Shown: positions 1 to 11,215, counted from the stretch's first letter. The stretch is DNA of 64,000 nucleotides from an uncultured Solirubrobacteraceae bacterium (GCA_963845635.1 CAWJSW010000007.1:83655-147654), one strand, 5' to 3'. Program-made: numbers and translations. The notes: generated by a model not told the origin, from the sequence alone.

Positions 1-1
1 G

Positions 2-1419
<1,418 letters not shown>

Positions 1420-1423
<4 letters not shown>

Positions 1424-2649
1424 GAGACAGCCGCCACGGGCCGGCCGCTCGCAGGGCGCTCCAGACGCTCGGACCCGCTTGCGAAGCGTGCGGGCGCGCA
1501 CGCGGAGAGGATCGACTCGTCGGCAAGAGCGGCTGCTGTCCCCGCAGCGTCACCACCGGCGAGCATGCCGGCGACGAGCTCCGCGGTGAGTGGCGCGAGC
1601 AGGATGCCGTTGCGGTAGTGCCCGGTCGCCCAGATCAGGCCGTGCACGGCTCCCGGGCCGATCGCCGGACCGTTGTCGGGGGTGCCGGGGCGCAGTCCCA
1701 CGGACAGCTCCTCGATCTCCAGCTCGCTTACGCCCGGCACCAGCTCGTGCGCGTCGCGCAGCAGCTCGTAGACGCCCCCCGCGGTGGGCGACAGCGCAAA
1801 GCCCCGCTCCTCGACGGTCGCGCCGAGCACGTAGCCGCCGTCGGCGCGCGGCACGATGTAGCCGCCGCGGAAGCGCACGACACGCCGCAGCAACCCGGGT
1901 CCCGCGGGGTCGCGCAGCCGCAGGATCTGCCCCTTGACCGGACGCACGGGCACCTGGTACTCGGCGGGCAGTCCGTCGATGCGCTCGCTCCACGGACCGG
2001 CGGCGAGCACTACCAGCTCGGCGGCCAGGCGCTCGCCGCTCTCGAGCGTCACGCCGGTGACCCGTGGCTCGCCGGAGCCGCCCAGCTCCAGGCGCGCGAC
2101 GGGCGCGTGCTCGCGCAGCCTCACCCCGGCAGCGGCGCAAGCGCGCGTGAGCGCCGCGAGCACCAACCGGGGGTCGACCGAGTGGTCCTCGGGCGCCTCC
2201 AGCGCCAGCCGCAACGCCGGGGCCAGGGCCGGCTCGCGCTCGCGCGCCTCGCTCGGGAGCAGGCGGCGCACCGTCAGCCCGAGCGACTCGCGGAAGACGA
2301 GCTGGCGCTCCAGCTCGCGCGCGTCGTCTTCGTCGCGAGCGAGCAGCAGCGTGCCGGTCCGCATCAGGTCCAGCCGCGCGTCCGCGCAGGTCGCGAGATC
2401 CGACGCGAACGCGGGCCACATCCGCGCCGAGCGCAGTCCCAGCTCGAGCAGCCGCCGTCCCGCCCGCCCGAACTCGACCTCGACCACCGGCGCGAGCATC
2501 CCGGCGGCCACGCGCGAGGTCCCCTGCCCGGTGCGGTCGCGCTCGAGCACGGTGACGGACATGCCGCGCTGGCGCGCGCGCCAGGCTATCGCCATGCCGA
2601 TGATGCCGCCGCCGACGATCAGCACCTCTGCTCGCTGGTCCGCTGCCAT
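1420..2649 (-). CDS. thiO: Glycine oxidase ThiO
   Basis: GGGIIG FAD-binding motif, SRVAAGML, PVKGQIL, GLRPGTPDN and GHYRNGILLAP; overlaps the thiS start. Confidence 0.93.
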
Positions 2650-2667
2650 GCCGATGATGCTAGCCCG

Positions 2668-2755
2668 CGAGCGAGCCGGCGGACAGGCCGCCGACTCGCT
2701 CGTCAAGGCGTTGGCCGCTCAGGCCGATCCCAGCTCGCCGAGAGCGAGCGGGATC
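2668..2755 (-). terminator. Two GC-rich hairpins downstream of the IPT/TIG gene (2668-2702 and 2726-2755)
   Basis: Minus strand CGAGCGAGTCGGCGG-cctgt-CCGCCGGCTCGCTCG is a 15-bp stem with one G-U pair; GATCCC/GCTCGC...GCGAGC/GGGATC is a 12-bp stem with one bulge. No U-tract. Confidence 0.5.
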
Positions 2756-2761
2756 ACGCGG

Positions 2762-4018
2762 TCATCCGTAGGTGAATCGCTCGGCGGCAGTCGGGGTGGT
2801 CGACTTCACGACGCCGCCCGCTCCCACGACCGTCGCCTTCACGGTGATGGTCCCCGCCTTGTGCGCGGGGGTCACCACGGTGCACGTCGTGGTCGAGCTG
2901 CATTCGGCCGAGATGGCCGGCGTCTTCTCGAACTCGAACCTCGTCGCGGTATTCCCCAGGGCGAACCCGGTGCCCGTGACCGTCACGCTGGCGCCACCGG
3001 CCGTGGACCCGGTGTCTGGGGTCAGGTTGGTGATCGTGGGTTCGACGAACTTGAAGCGTTCATGACCGGGGCAAGGACGGAGTTCCGGCTGACCTTCTTT
3101 GTAGTAGGTGCATTCTTTGGGCGGGCTGACACCACGCGAGTTGGTTACGGTGACGGTCACCAGACCCACTGTCTCTTCAGGGGTTATGGCCGTGATTGAT
3201 CCGGCAGAGTTCACTGTGAATTCAGTTGCGGCGACCGAGCCGAAGTCGACAGCCGTCACTTCGATGAAGCTGGTTCCCCCAATGTGCACCTTGGTGCCAC
3301 CGGCAGCCTTTCCTTCCTTTGGCGTGACTTCGTCGACGGTTGGCCGGGGCACCACGTAGGTGAACTCGTCGGCCGGGGTGATCGGACTGGTGCCTTCGGG
3401 AGTCGTGACCGTCACGTCAACAGTCGTCTCGTTCGCGACGTGCGGGTCGGTGGCGATTATCCCGCCTCCCTTGTGGCTCACTTGGATGTGGGGCGCTCTC
3501 ACCGCGCCGAAGTAGACCGCCGTGGCTCCTGCGAGGCCGGTTCCCCTGATCCTGATCTTCTGCCCGCCGCGGCTGCGGCCCATCGAGGGCGACAGCCCAT
3601 CGACGACCGGCCCCGGCGGCAGGTAGCTGAAGTGGTCGGATGAGCTTATCGGGCTGGTGCCTGCGAGAGTCGTCACGGTCACATCCACGGTGCCCGTTCC
3701 GGCCGGAGCGATCGCGCTGATCCGGCCGTGCCCGTGCACGGTGAAATGGGCGCTCGCGGAGCCAAAGTCAACTTCTTTGGCTCCGCTGAAGTTAGTACCT
3801 GTGATCTGCACGGGCGTACCGCCGCCCGCACGACCGAAGTTCGGCTTCACCTTTGCCACGGTGGGCGCCGCGGGCGATACCAACGGACTGTCAGCCAAGT
3901 CGATCGCAGCGGACGCTGGAGCTGTCGCGATTGCCGATCCCAGCATCACGGCCGCCACAACAAGCTTCAAGGCGCGGCAGCACGCGTCCCTCCTGCAACG
4001 TTCTGTCACGTGGGACAT
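2762..4018 (-). CDS. Secreted IPT/TIG repeat protein
   Basis: Signal-peptide-like N-terminus (ALKLVVAAVMLGSAIATAPASA). Four repeats of the type PTV..V.P..G...GGT.V.I.GT.F.....V.FG. GAGGGG upstream of ATG 4018. Confidence 0.8.
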   Translation of the reverse strand: MSHVTERCRRDACCRALKLVVAAVMLGSAIATAPASAAIDLADSPLVSPAAPTVAKVKPNFGRAGGGTPVQITGTNFSGAKEVDFGSASAHFTVHGHGRISAIAPAGTGTVDVTVTTLAGTSPISSSDHFSYLPPGPVVDGLSPSMGRSRGGQKIRIRGTGLAGATAVYFGAVRAPHIQVSHKGGGIIATDPHVANETTVDVTVTTPEGTSPITPADEFTYVVPRPTVDEVTPKEGKAAGGTKVHIGGTSFIEVTAVDFGSVAATEFTVNSAGSITAITPEETVGLVTVTVTNSRGVSPPKECTYYKEGQPELRPCPGHERFKFVEPTITNLTPDTGSTAGGASVTVTGTGFALGNTATRFEFEKTPAISAECSSTTTCTVVTPAHKAGTITVKATVVGAGGVVKSTTPTAAERFTYG

Positions 4019-4061
4019 AACGTTCTCACCATCCCCTCGGATTGGAAGCAGGTGAAGTGAC

Positions 4062-4090
4062 ATGATAAGGCTTGAGTAGAGAAAAGTCAA
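4062..4090 (-). promoter_or_regulatory. Near-consensus housekeeping-sigma promoter of the IPT/TIG gene
   Basis: TTGACT (4085-4090) - 17 nt - TATCAT (4062-4067) on the minus strand. Confidence 0.75.
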
Positions 4091-4209
4091 GTTTCTCGGA
4101 TTGTTAACGACATGCAAACGAGATATATCGCCGCTTCGCAGCGCGAATGGTCGATCGCTGCCGCCACGTGCTGTGCTTGCCCTCTCGCGCGTGCCAGACT
4201 TCGGAGTGG

Positions 4210-4899
4210 ATGGCACGCCACGAAAAACACTTGGACCGCTCGACGATCGAGCGCCGCGCTCGTCTGGCGAGCTCGCGCCTGTACCTCGTATGCGGCGCCT
4301 ACCCGGACGGCAGCCACCTGCCGGACCTGCTGCGGGGGGCGATCGCGGGCGGCGTCGAGATCGTGCAGCTGCGCGAGAAGCGGCTGCCCGACGAACAGCT
4401 CACCTCGATCGCCGATGCGGTGCGCGCGCTGTGCAACCGGTTGGGAGCGCTGCTGATCGTCAACGACCGTCCCGGCGTGGCGCTGGAGGCGGGCGCCGAC
4501 GGGGTGCACGTCGGCCAGGACGACATGCCCGTGACGGACGTGCGCGAGATCGTGGGCGAGGATCTGCTGATCGGGCTATCGACGCATTCGCGCGAGCAGA
4601 TCGACGCGGTCGACCCGAGCCTCGTCGACTACATCGGCGTCGGCCCGATCCACGAGACCCCCACCAAGCCGGGACGCCCAGCGGTGGGCGTCGAGCTGAT
4701 CCGCTACGCGGCAGTGCACGCGACGGTGCCTTTCTTCGCGATCGGTGGCGTGGACGCGGGCAACCTCCACGAGGCGCTTGACGCGGGCGCCACGCGGGTG
4801 TGCGTGCTGCGCGCGGTCGCAGACGCCGCCGACCCCGAGCGAGCGGCGCGCGCGCTTCGCGACCAGCTCGACTCGGGTCAGGCGGGGCGCGCGAGTTGA
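4210..4899 (+). CDS. thiE: Thiamine-phosphate synthase
   Basis: LYLVC, VQLREK, LLIVND, ADGVHVGQDD, GLSTHS, GPIHETPTKPG and AIGG motifs; GGAG before ATG 4210. Confidence 0.93.
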   Translation: MARHEKHLDRSTIERRARLASSRLYLVCGAYPDGSHLPDLLRGAIAGGVEIVQLREKRLPDEQLTSIADAVRALCNRLGALLIVNDRPGVALEAGADGVHVGQDDMPVTDVREIVGEDLLIGLSTHSREQIDAVDPSLVDYIGVGPIHETPTKPGRPAVGVELIRYAAVHATVPFFAIGGVDAGNLHEALDAGATRVCVLRAVADAADPERAARALRDQLDSGQAGRAS

Positions 4900-5363
4900 G
4901 CAGCGATCGAGGCGCCAGCCCCCCGACCGGCCGCGGGACGCGCGAGCAGCCGGCGCTCGAGCCGCTCGGCGCGGACGAGCGCCCGCGATCGCTGCTCGTC
5001 GCAGCGGCGGTCTGCGCGCTGATCGCCGTGGGCGTGCTCCTCGGGGGTCTCACGATCCACGACCTGTCTCGGCATGGCGGTTCGCTGCCCGGCGCGATCT
5101 TCCTGGCGCTTGTGTTCGCGCTGCTCGCGCAGGGCATCTACCGACGCCGCTACGCCGCGGTGCTCGCCTTCCAGGCGCTGCTGGCGTTTCAGATCATCGT
5201 CACGGCACTGGCGCTGGTGGTCGCCTCGACGATCAAGGCGGCTGGCATTTGCGTGGTCTCGATCGGGCTGGCCGGATGGCTGTTCTGGAAGCTCGTGCGC
5301 GTGATGGGGCGGATACAGGCGGGCGAACGCGCGCAAGCTGGTCGTCCGGGACGGCTTCGATAG
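4896..5363 (+). CDS. Hypothetical membrane protein (about 4 TM helices)
   Basis: The TTG start overlaps the thiE stop (TTGA); four hydrophobic segments; GC-rich third codon positions. Confidence 0.7.
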   Translation: MSSDRGASPPTGRGTREQPALEPLGADERPRSLLVAAAVCALIAVGVLLGGLTIHDLSRHGGSLPGAIFLALVFALLAQGIYRRRYAAVLAFQALLAFQIIVTALALVVASTIKAAGICVVSIGLAGWLFWKLVRVMGRIQAGERAQAGRPGRLR

Positions 5364-5375
5364 GCTCACGGCGCG

Positions 5376-6761
5376 ATGGCCGAGAGCTCCTACGACTGCA
5401 TCGTCATCGGCTCTGGGCCAGGCGGCTACGTCGCTGCGATCCGCGCCGCACAGCTGGGGATGAAGACCGCTGTGATCGAGCGCGACAAGCTCGGCGGGCG
5501 CTGCCTGAACTACGCGTGCATCCCCGCCAAGGCGGTGCTGCGCTCGGCGGACCTGCTCTCGGAGGTCCGTGAGGCGGATGAGTACGGCGTCAAGGTTGGC
5601 AGCGTCGAGGTCGACTACGGCGCCGTGCAGGCGCGCCGCGACAAGGTCGTGTCCACCTTGACGTCCGGCGTCGGCGCGCTATTCAAGAAAAACGCGATCG
5701 AGGCGATCGCGGGCGACGCCCGGCTCACCGCCGAGGGCGACGTGCTCGCGGATGTGTTCGACTCCGAGCCCCGTGTGATCGGCGCCGGCAGCGTGATCCT
5801 CGCGACCGGCTCGCTGCCGGTGCCGATCCCGGGGGTGCAGTTCGGCGGGCGCGTGATCGGCACCGAGGAGGCCTGGGCGCTGTCCGAGCTGCCCCGGCGG
5901 CTGGCAGTGGTCGGGTGCGGCGCCTCCGGCGCGGAGATCGCCTCGGCGTTCGCTCGCCTGGGCAGCGAGGTGCTGCTGCTCGAGATGTGCGACCGCGTGC
6001 TCCCGAGCGAGGACGCCGACATCTCGCGCTTGGTCGAGCGCGGCCTCAAGCGACAGGGGATCGGCGTGCACACGGGCACGCCGGTGGCGGATGTGAGCCC
6101 GGGCGAGACGGAGGTCGGCTTCTCCTACGGCGCGGACTCGGCCAGCGTCGACTACCTGGTGATCGCGACGGGACGCCGCGCTGACGTCGAGGGGCTGGGA
6201 CTGGCCGACGCCGCTGTGGAGCTCGAGGATGGAGGGCTCGTGCGCGTGGATGGCGCCCAGCGCACGACCCGTGCGGGCGTGTACGCGATCGGCGATCTCG
6301 TACACGGCCCCGCGCTCGCGCACAAGGCGTCCGACGAGGGCATCATCGCCGCGGAGGACATCGCCGGGCTCAAGACGCACCCGATCGCATACGAGGACAT
6401 CCCGCGCGCCACGTTCTGCACGCCCAACGTCGGATCGTTCGGCCTGACCGAGGCGCAGGCGCGCGAGCAGGGCCACGACGTGGTCGTCGGCAAGGTGCCA
6501 TACGGGGCGGTCGGCGGCGGGGTCGTGTACGGCGACCGCGCCGGCATGATCAAGGTCGTCGGCGACCGCCGTTACGGCGAGCTGCTGGGCGCGCACATCG
6601 TCGGCACGCGTGCGACCGAGCTGATCCAGGAGCTGGTCAACGTGCGCGCGCTCGAGGGCGGCTACCCCGAGCTCGGGCGCATCATCCACGGTCACCCCAC
6701 GCTGTCCGAGGCCGTGATGGAGGCCGGCCGCGCGGCGGACGGCTGGCTGATCCACGGCTGA
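5376..6761 (+). CDS. lpdA: Dihydrolipoamide dehydrogenase (E3)
   Basis: GSGPGGY, GGRCLNYACIPAK redox disulfide and HPTLSE motifs; sits in the PDH cluster. Confidence 0.95.
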   Translation: MAESSYDCIVIGSGPGGYVAAIRAAQLGMKTAVIERDKLGGRCLNYACIPAKAVLRSADLLSEVREADEYGVKVGSVEVDYGAVQARRDKVVSTLTSGVGALFKKNAIEAIAGDARLTAEGDVLADVFDSEPRVIGAGSVILATGSLPVPIPGVQFGGRVIGTEEAWALSELPRRLAVVGCGASGAEIASAFARLGSEVLLLEMCDRVLPSEDADISRLVERGLKRQGIGVHTGTPVADVSPGETEVGFSYGADSASVDYLVIATGRRADVEGLGLADAAVELEDGGLVRVDGAQRTTRAGVYAIGDLVHGPALAHKASDEGIIAAEDIAGLKTHPIAYEDIPRATFCTPNVGSFGLTEAQAREQGHDVVVGKVPYGAVGGGVVYGDRAGMIKVVGDRRYGELLGAHIVGTRATELIQELVNVRALEGGYPELGRIIHGHPTLSEAVMEAGRAADGWLIHG

Positions 6762-6779
6762 GGAGGCGCGCGCGAGCAC

Positions 6780-7400
6780 GTGTCCCGCCCGCTCGGCGAG
6801 AACCCGGTTGCGGTTGCGGCCGCCTTCTACTTCGATCTCGCCAGCCCGCTGGCGTATCTGGCGGCCGAGCGCGTCCTGCACGTGCTGCCCGGGCCCGCCG
6901 AGTGGATGCCGGTGCTCGCAACCCGCTTGACGCGGTCCTCCAACGCGCAGGCGCCTGACGCTGTGGCCGCCGCGCGCGGGCCAGAGGACCTGCGCGCGCG
7001 GGTGGAGCGCGGGGCGCTCGCGCAAGGGCTGCAACCGCTCGTGTGGCCGGCGCGCTTCCCGTTCGACAGCGCCGCGGCGATGCGCGTGGCGACGTACGCC
7101 AAGAGCATCGGGCGCACGGTCGCGTTCGCCCAGGCCGCGTTCCGCCAGGCGTTCGCGGGCGGCAACGCACTCGACGACTTCGACTACGTGCTGATCTCCG
7201 CGGCGGCCTGTGAGATGCGCCCCCGCGCGGTGGTGCAGGGCGCCGAGCTGCGGTCCGTGCGCGAGGCGCTGAGCAGGGCCACGGCGGCGGCTGCGCGCGC
7301 GGGCGTCAGCGACGTGCCAGCGATGCGTGTGGGCGAGCGCGTATGGGTGGGCGAGCGCGCCGTGGAGGATGCGGCCGCGCACATGCGCGAGGCGCGATGA
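6780..7400 (+). CDS. DsbA-like / 2-hydroxychromene-2-carboxylate isomerase (GST-kappa) family protein
   Basis: FYFDLASPLAYLA N-terminal motif, FPFDS..AMR, GVSDVPAMRVG. Confidence 0.75.
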   Translation: MSRPLGENPVAVAAAFYFDLASPLAYLAAERVLHVLPGPAEWMPVLATRLTRSSNAQAPDAVAAARGPEDLRARVERGALAQGLQPLVWPARFPFDSAAAMRVATYAKSIGRTVAFAQAAFRQAFAGGNALDDFDYVLISAAACEMRPRAVVQGAELRSVREALSRATAAAARAGVSDVPAMRVGERVWVGERAVEDAAAHMREAR

Positions 7401-7636
7401 GGGCCGCGCGCGCGTATCGCCTGATCGTCACTCGCGGCGGGCGCGCGCCGGCGCTGCTCGCGGACGCGACGCGCGTCGATCACATCGAGATCGTGGAGAT
7501 CGACAGCGGCGAGGTGGTGCTGTTCTGGGACCAGTCGCCGCAGGCTGCGAGCAAGCTCGCGCGGGCGCTGCGCGCAGACCTCGCGCAGCTCGAGGCCGAC
7601 GAGTTCATCGCACGCTGGAGTACCGTGGGGAGCTGA
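7397..7636 (+). CDS. Small hypothetical protein (79 aa)
   Basis: ATGA overlap with the upstream stop and TGATG overlap with pdhA, consistent with translational coupling. Confidence 0.7.
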   Translation: MRAARAYRLIVTRGGRAPALLADATRVDHIEIVEIDSGEVVLFWDQSPQAASKLARALRADLAQLEADEFIARWSTVGS

Positions 7637-8874
7637 TGTCCGCCTCGGGCGTGCCATCCCCGCCGCAGCCCGGCTCCGCACAGCCGAGGGCTCAGAGATC
7701 GAGCGCCGACGCGCATCGCTTGCCCGAGCCCGAGCGCGCACGCGAGTGGCTGGAGACGATGACGCTGATCCGCCGCTTCGAGGAGCGCGCCGGCGAGATG
7801 TACGCGCGCGCGAAGATCGGCGGCTTCCTGCACCTGTCGATCGGCGAGGAGGCCACGATCGTCGGCAGCGCGCGGGCGCTGCGCGAGCAGGACTACCTGA
7901 TCTCCACGTACCGCTCGCACGGCCACGCGCTCGTCCGCGGCACCCCGCCCGAGAACGTGATGGCGGAGCTGTTCGGGCGCGCTGACGGCTGCTCGGGCGG
8001 GCGCGGCGGCTCGATGCACATGTTCGACATGCAGCGGCGCTTCATGGGCGGATACGGAATCGTGGGCGGCAACCTGCCGATCGCCGCTGGCATCGCGCTG
8101 GCGAGCGACTACAAGAACACCGGCGAGGTGACGCTGTGCGTGTTCGGTGACGGGGCGTCGAACCAGGGCACGTTCGGTGAGACGCTGAACATCGCCGCGC
8201 TGTGGCGGCTGCCGGTGGTGTTCATGGTCACCAACAACCAGTTCGGCATGGGCACCGCGCTGGGCCGGCACTCGGCGGTGACCGATCTTCAGCGCAAGGG
8301 CGAGGGCCTGGGCGTCCCCGGGATGCGCTGCGACGGCATGGACGTGCTGGACACGCACGCGGTGCTCGCCGAGGCGATCGCGCGTGTGCGCGAGGAGCGC
8401 CGGCCGGTGCTGGTGGAGGCCGTCACCTACCGCTTCCGCGGGCACTCGATGGCCGACCCCGAGCAGTACCGCACGAAGGAGGAGGTCGCGCGCTGGCGCG
8501 AACGAGACCCGCTGCCGGCATTTGGCCAGCTGCTCGTGCGCGAGCGCGTGATCGACGAGGCAGAGCTTCAGCGCATCGACCAGCGCGCGATCGCGCGCGT
8601 GGACGCGGCGGTCGCGTTCGCGGACGCCTCGCCGTTCCCAGCGCCGGAGTCGCTGTACGACGACGTATACGTGCTCGACCGCGAGGCCAGCGGCTGGTAC
8701 TCCGTGCAGACGACCGACACCCCCACCGAGACGCCTGAGCAGGCCGCCGCGGGAGCGGCCAACGACGAGATCCCCCAGCAGCTGACCGAGGCGCTGGCCG
8801 CCGGCGAAGACGGGCACGAGGCGCCCCCGGACGCCCGCGTCGACTGGGACGCGGACGCCGAGGCCGCACGCTGA
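7636..8874 (+). CDS. pdhA: Pyruvate dehydrogenase E1 alpha subunit
   Basis: GFLHLSIGEEA, STYRSHGH, GGSMH, FGDGASNQG (TPP binding) and RFRGHSMADP motifs; acidic C-terminal tail. Confidence 0.93.
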   Translation: MSASGVPSPPQPGSAQPRAQRSSADAHRLPEPERAREWLETMTLIRRFEERAGEMYARAKIGGFLHLSIGEEATIVGSARALREQDYLISTYRSHGHALVRGTPPENVMAELFGRADGCSGGRGGSMHMFDMQRRFMGGYGIVGGNLPIAAGIALASDYKNTGEVTLCVFGDGASNQGTFGETLNIAALWRLPVVFMVTNNQFGMGTALGRHSAVTDLQRKGEGLGVPGMRCDGMDVLDTHAVLAEAIARVREERRPVLVEAVTYRFRGHSMADPEQYRTKEEVARWRERDPLPAFGQLLVRERVIDEAELQRIDQRAIARVDAAVAFADASPFPAPESLYDDVYVLDREASGWYSVQTTDTPTETPEQAAAGAANDEIPQQLTEALAAGEDGHEAPPDARVDWDADAEAAR

Positions 8875-9860
8875 TGGCCGAGATGCGCTACCGCGAGGCG
8901 CTCAATGCGGCGCTGCGAGAGGAGCTCGCGCGCGACGAGCGCGTGCTGCTGATGGGCGAGGACATCGGTGTGTTCGGCGGCGCGTTCAAGGTCACCGACG
9001 GCCTGCTGGCGGAGTTCGGCGAGCGCCGCGTACGCGACACACCGATCTCGGAGAACACGATCGTGGGCGTGGGCGTGGGCGCGGCGATGACCGGCCTGCG
9101 GCCGGTCGTGGAGCTGATGACGATCAACTTCGCGCTGCTGGCGTTCGACCAGATCGTCAACCACGCCGCGCACATCCACTACATGTTCGGCGGGCAGGCG
9201 CGCGTGCCGCTGGTCGTGCGCATGCCCCAGGGGGCCGGGCACCAGCTGGGGCCGACGCACTCGCACTGCCTGGAGTCACTGTTCCTGCATGTGCCCGGCC
9301 TGCTCGTCGCCGCGCCCTCCACGGCGGCGGACGCGAAGGGGTTGCTGAAGAGCGCGATCCGCGACGAAAACCCCGTGATCTTCATCGAGCACGAGTCGCT
9401 GTACGGGGTGCGCGGCGAGGTCCCCGACGGCGACGAGCTGCTCGTGCGCTTCGGCCTCGCGCGCGTCGCGCGCGAGGGCTCGGACGTGACCGTCGTGGGC
9501 GTCTCGCGGATGGCGCGCACGGCCGAGCTCGCAGCCGAGACGCTCGCCGCCGAGCACGGCGTGCAGGCCGAGGTGATCGACCCGCGGACGCTGCGACCGC
9601 TCGACCTCGACACGATCCTCGCGTCGGTGCGAAAGACCAACCACTGCGTGATCGTCGAGGAGGGCTGGCCGCACGGCGGCGTGGGTGCGAACCTCGCGGC
9701 GTTGATCGCCGAACAGGCCTTCGACGACCTCGACGCCCCGGTGCAGCGGGTGACCGGAGCGGATCTGCCGATGCCCTACTCCAAGCCTCTGGAGGACATC
9801 GCCTACCCGCACGCGCCGCAGGTCGTCGGGGCGGTGCTCGCGACCCTGGGCAGCAGCTGA
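8874..9860 (+). CDS. pdhB: Pyruvate dehydrogenase E1 beta subunit
   Basis: LMGEDIG, DTPISE, GLRPVVELM, HSHCLE and ENPVIFIEHE motifs. Confidence 0.93.
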   Translation: MAEMRYREALNAALREELARDERVLLMGEDIGVFGGAFKVTDGLLAEFGERRVRDTPISENTIVGVGVGAAMTGLRPVVELMTINFALLAFDQIVNHAAHIHYMFGGQARVPLVVRMPQGAGHQLGPTHSHCLESLFLHVPGLLVAAPSTAADAKGLLKSAIRDENPVIFIEHESLYGVRGEVPDGDELLVRFGLARVAREGSDVTVVGVSRMARTAELAAETLAAEHGVQAEVIDPRTLRPLDLDTILASVRKTNHCVIVEEGWPHGGVGANLAALIAEQAFDDLDAPVQRVTGADLPMPYSKPLEDIAYPHAPQVVGAVLATLGSS

Positions 9861-11152
9861 TGGCCGAGATCGTGATGCCGCGCCTGTCGGACACGATGGA
9901 GGAGGGGACGATCCTGCGCTGGCTGGTGGGCGACGGCGAGACGGTCGCGCGCGGTCAGGAGCTCGTCGAGATCGAGACCGACAAGGCGACGATGACCTAC
10001 GAGTCAGACCAGGACGGCGTCGTCGAGATCGTCGCCGAAGAGGGCTCCACGCTCGAGGTCGGCGCTGTGATCGCGCGCGTAGGCGACGCCACGGAAGGCT
10101 CACCGCAGAACGCGACACACGTCGCGCCTGTACCCGGCGCGCGCGGCGAGCCCCCACCGCGCGAGCAGGCCCGGGCGCAGACGCCCGCGCCGCCCTCGGG
10201 CGCGCCCGCCGGCGAGCGTGTGCGCGCTTCGCCGCTCGCCAGGCGCATCGCCCGCGAGCGAGGAGTCGACCTGCGGGCGCTCGCCGGCAGCGGACCGGGC
10301 GGACGGATCGTGAAGGCGGACGTCACGGCCGACGCCGACGCCGGCGCCGACGCTCACGCAGCCGCGGTCCCCGCGGCGGCTGGCGCCACAGCCGCGCCCT
10401 CGGCCCCCGCGCGCGCATCGCTGGAAGGGGTGGCGACGGCGAAGGGCGAGACGACAACCGTCGAGCTGACACGCACCCAGCAGGCCGTCGCGCGGCGGAT
10501 GGCCGAGTCGAAGGCGACGATCCCGGACTTCGCGCTGAACGTGGACGTCGACATGGAGGCCTGCGTGATGCTGCGAGAGCAGCTGCGAGACGTCGCCAAG
10601 CCGTCGCCGGCCGGTGAGCCGACAGCCGCGCTTCCCACCTACAACGACATGGTCGTGAAGGCCGCCGCGCTCGCTCTGCGCGAGCACCCGATCGCAAACG
10701 GAAGCTACCGCGACGGCCGCGTCGAGCTGCACGCGCGGGTCAACGTCGGCATCGCCGTCGCCGCCGACGGCGCGCTCGTGGTGCCGACCGTGTTCGACGC
10801 CGACGAGAAGTCGTTGGGTGAGATCGGGCGCGAGACGCGGGTGCTGGCCGAGCGTGTGCGCGCCGGCGCCGTCACCCCGCCCGAGCTCGGCGGCGGCACG
10901 TTCACCGTCTCCAACCTCGGCATGTACGGCGTGCGCAGCTTCAACGCGATCATCAACCCGCCGCAGGCCGCGATCCTGTCGGTCGGCTCGCTCGAGCCAC
11001 GCGCGGTAGTCCACGAAGGGGAGCTGAGCACGCGAGCGACGATCACGCTGGTGCTCGCGTGCGATCACCGCATCCTCTACGGGGCCGCGGCGGCCGTGTT
11101 CCTGGCGCGGGTGCGCGAGCTGCTCCAGGCGCCCGCCGCGCTCACCCTGTGA
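9860..11152 (+). CDS. pdhC: Dihydrolipoamide acetyltransferase (E2) with one lipoyl domain
   Basis: MPRLSDTMEEG, ETDKA lipoyl-Lys, RASPLARRIA E3-binding domain, GTFTVSNLG; the catalytic motif reads DHRILYG. Confidence 0.92.
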   Translation: MAEIVMPRLSDTMEEGTILRWLVGDGETVARGQELVEIETDKATMTYESDQDGVVEIVAEEGSTLEVGAVIARVGDATEGSPQNATHVAPVPGARGEPPPREQARAQTPAPPSGAPAGERVRASPLARRIARERGVDLRALAGSGPGGRIVKADVTADADAGADAHAAAVPAAAGATAAPSAPARASLEGVATAKGETTTVELTRTQQAVARRMAESKATIPDFALNVDVDMEACVMLREQLRDVAKPSPAGEPTAALPTYNDMVVKAAALALREHPIANGSYRDGRVELHARVNVGIAVAADGALVVPTVFDADEKSLGEIGRETRVLAERVRAGAVTPPELGGGTFTVSNLGMYGVRSFNAIINPPQAAILSVGSLEPRAVVHEGELSTRATITLVLACDHRILYGAAAAVFLARVRELLQAPAALTL

Positions 11153-11215
11153 GCGAGCGCGACGGGCGCTATCGCCGCTCCTTGAAGCGTTCCCTGCTCC
11201 GCCCGGCTCGAGCCG

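Noticed and set aside
4019-4209. TPP riboswitch upstream of thi genes
   Set aside because: The conserved aptamer segments are not visible on either strand; the AT-rich part is explained by a sigma-A promoter.
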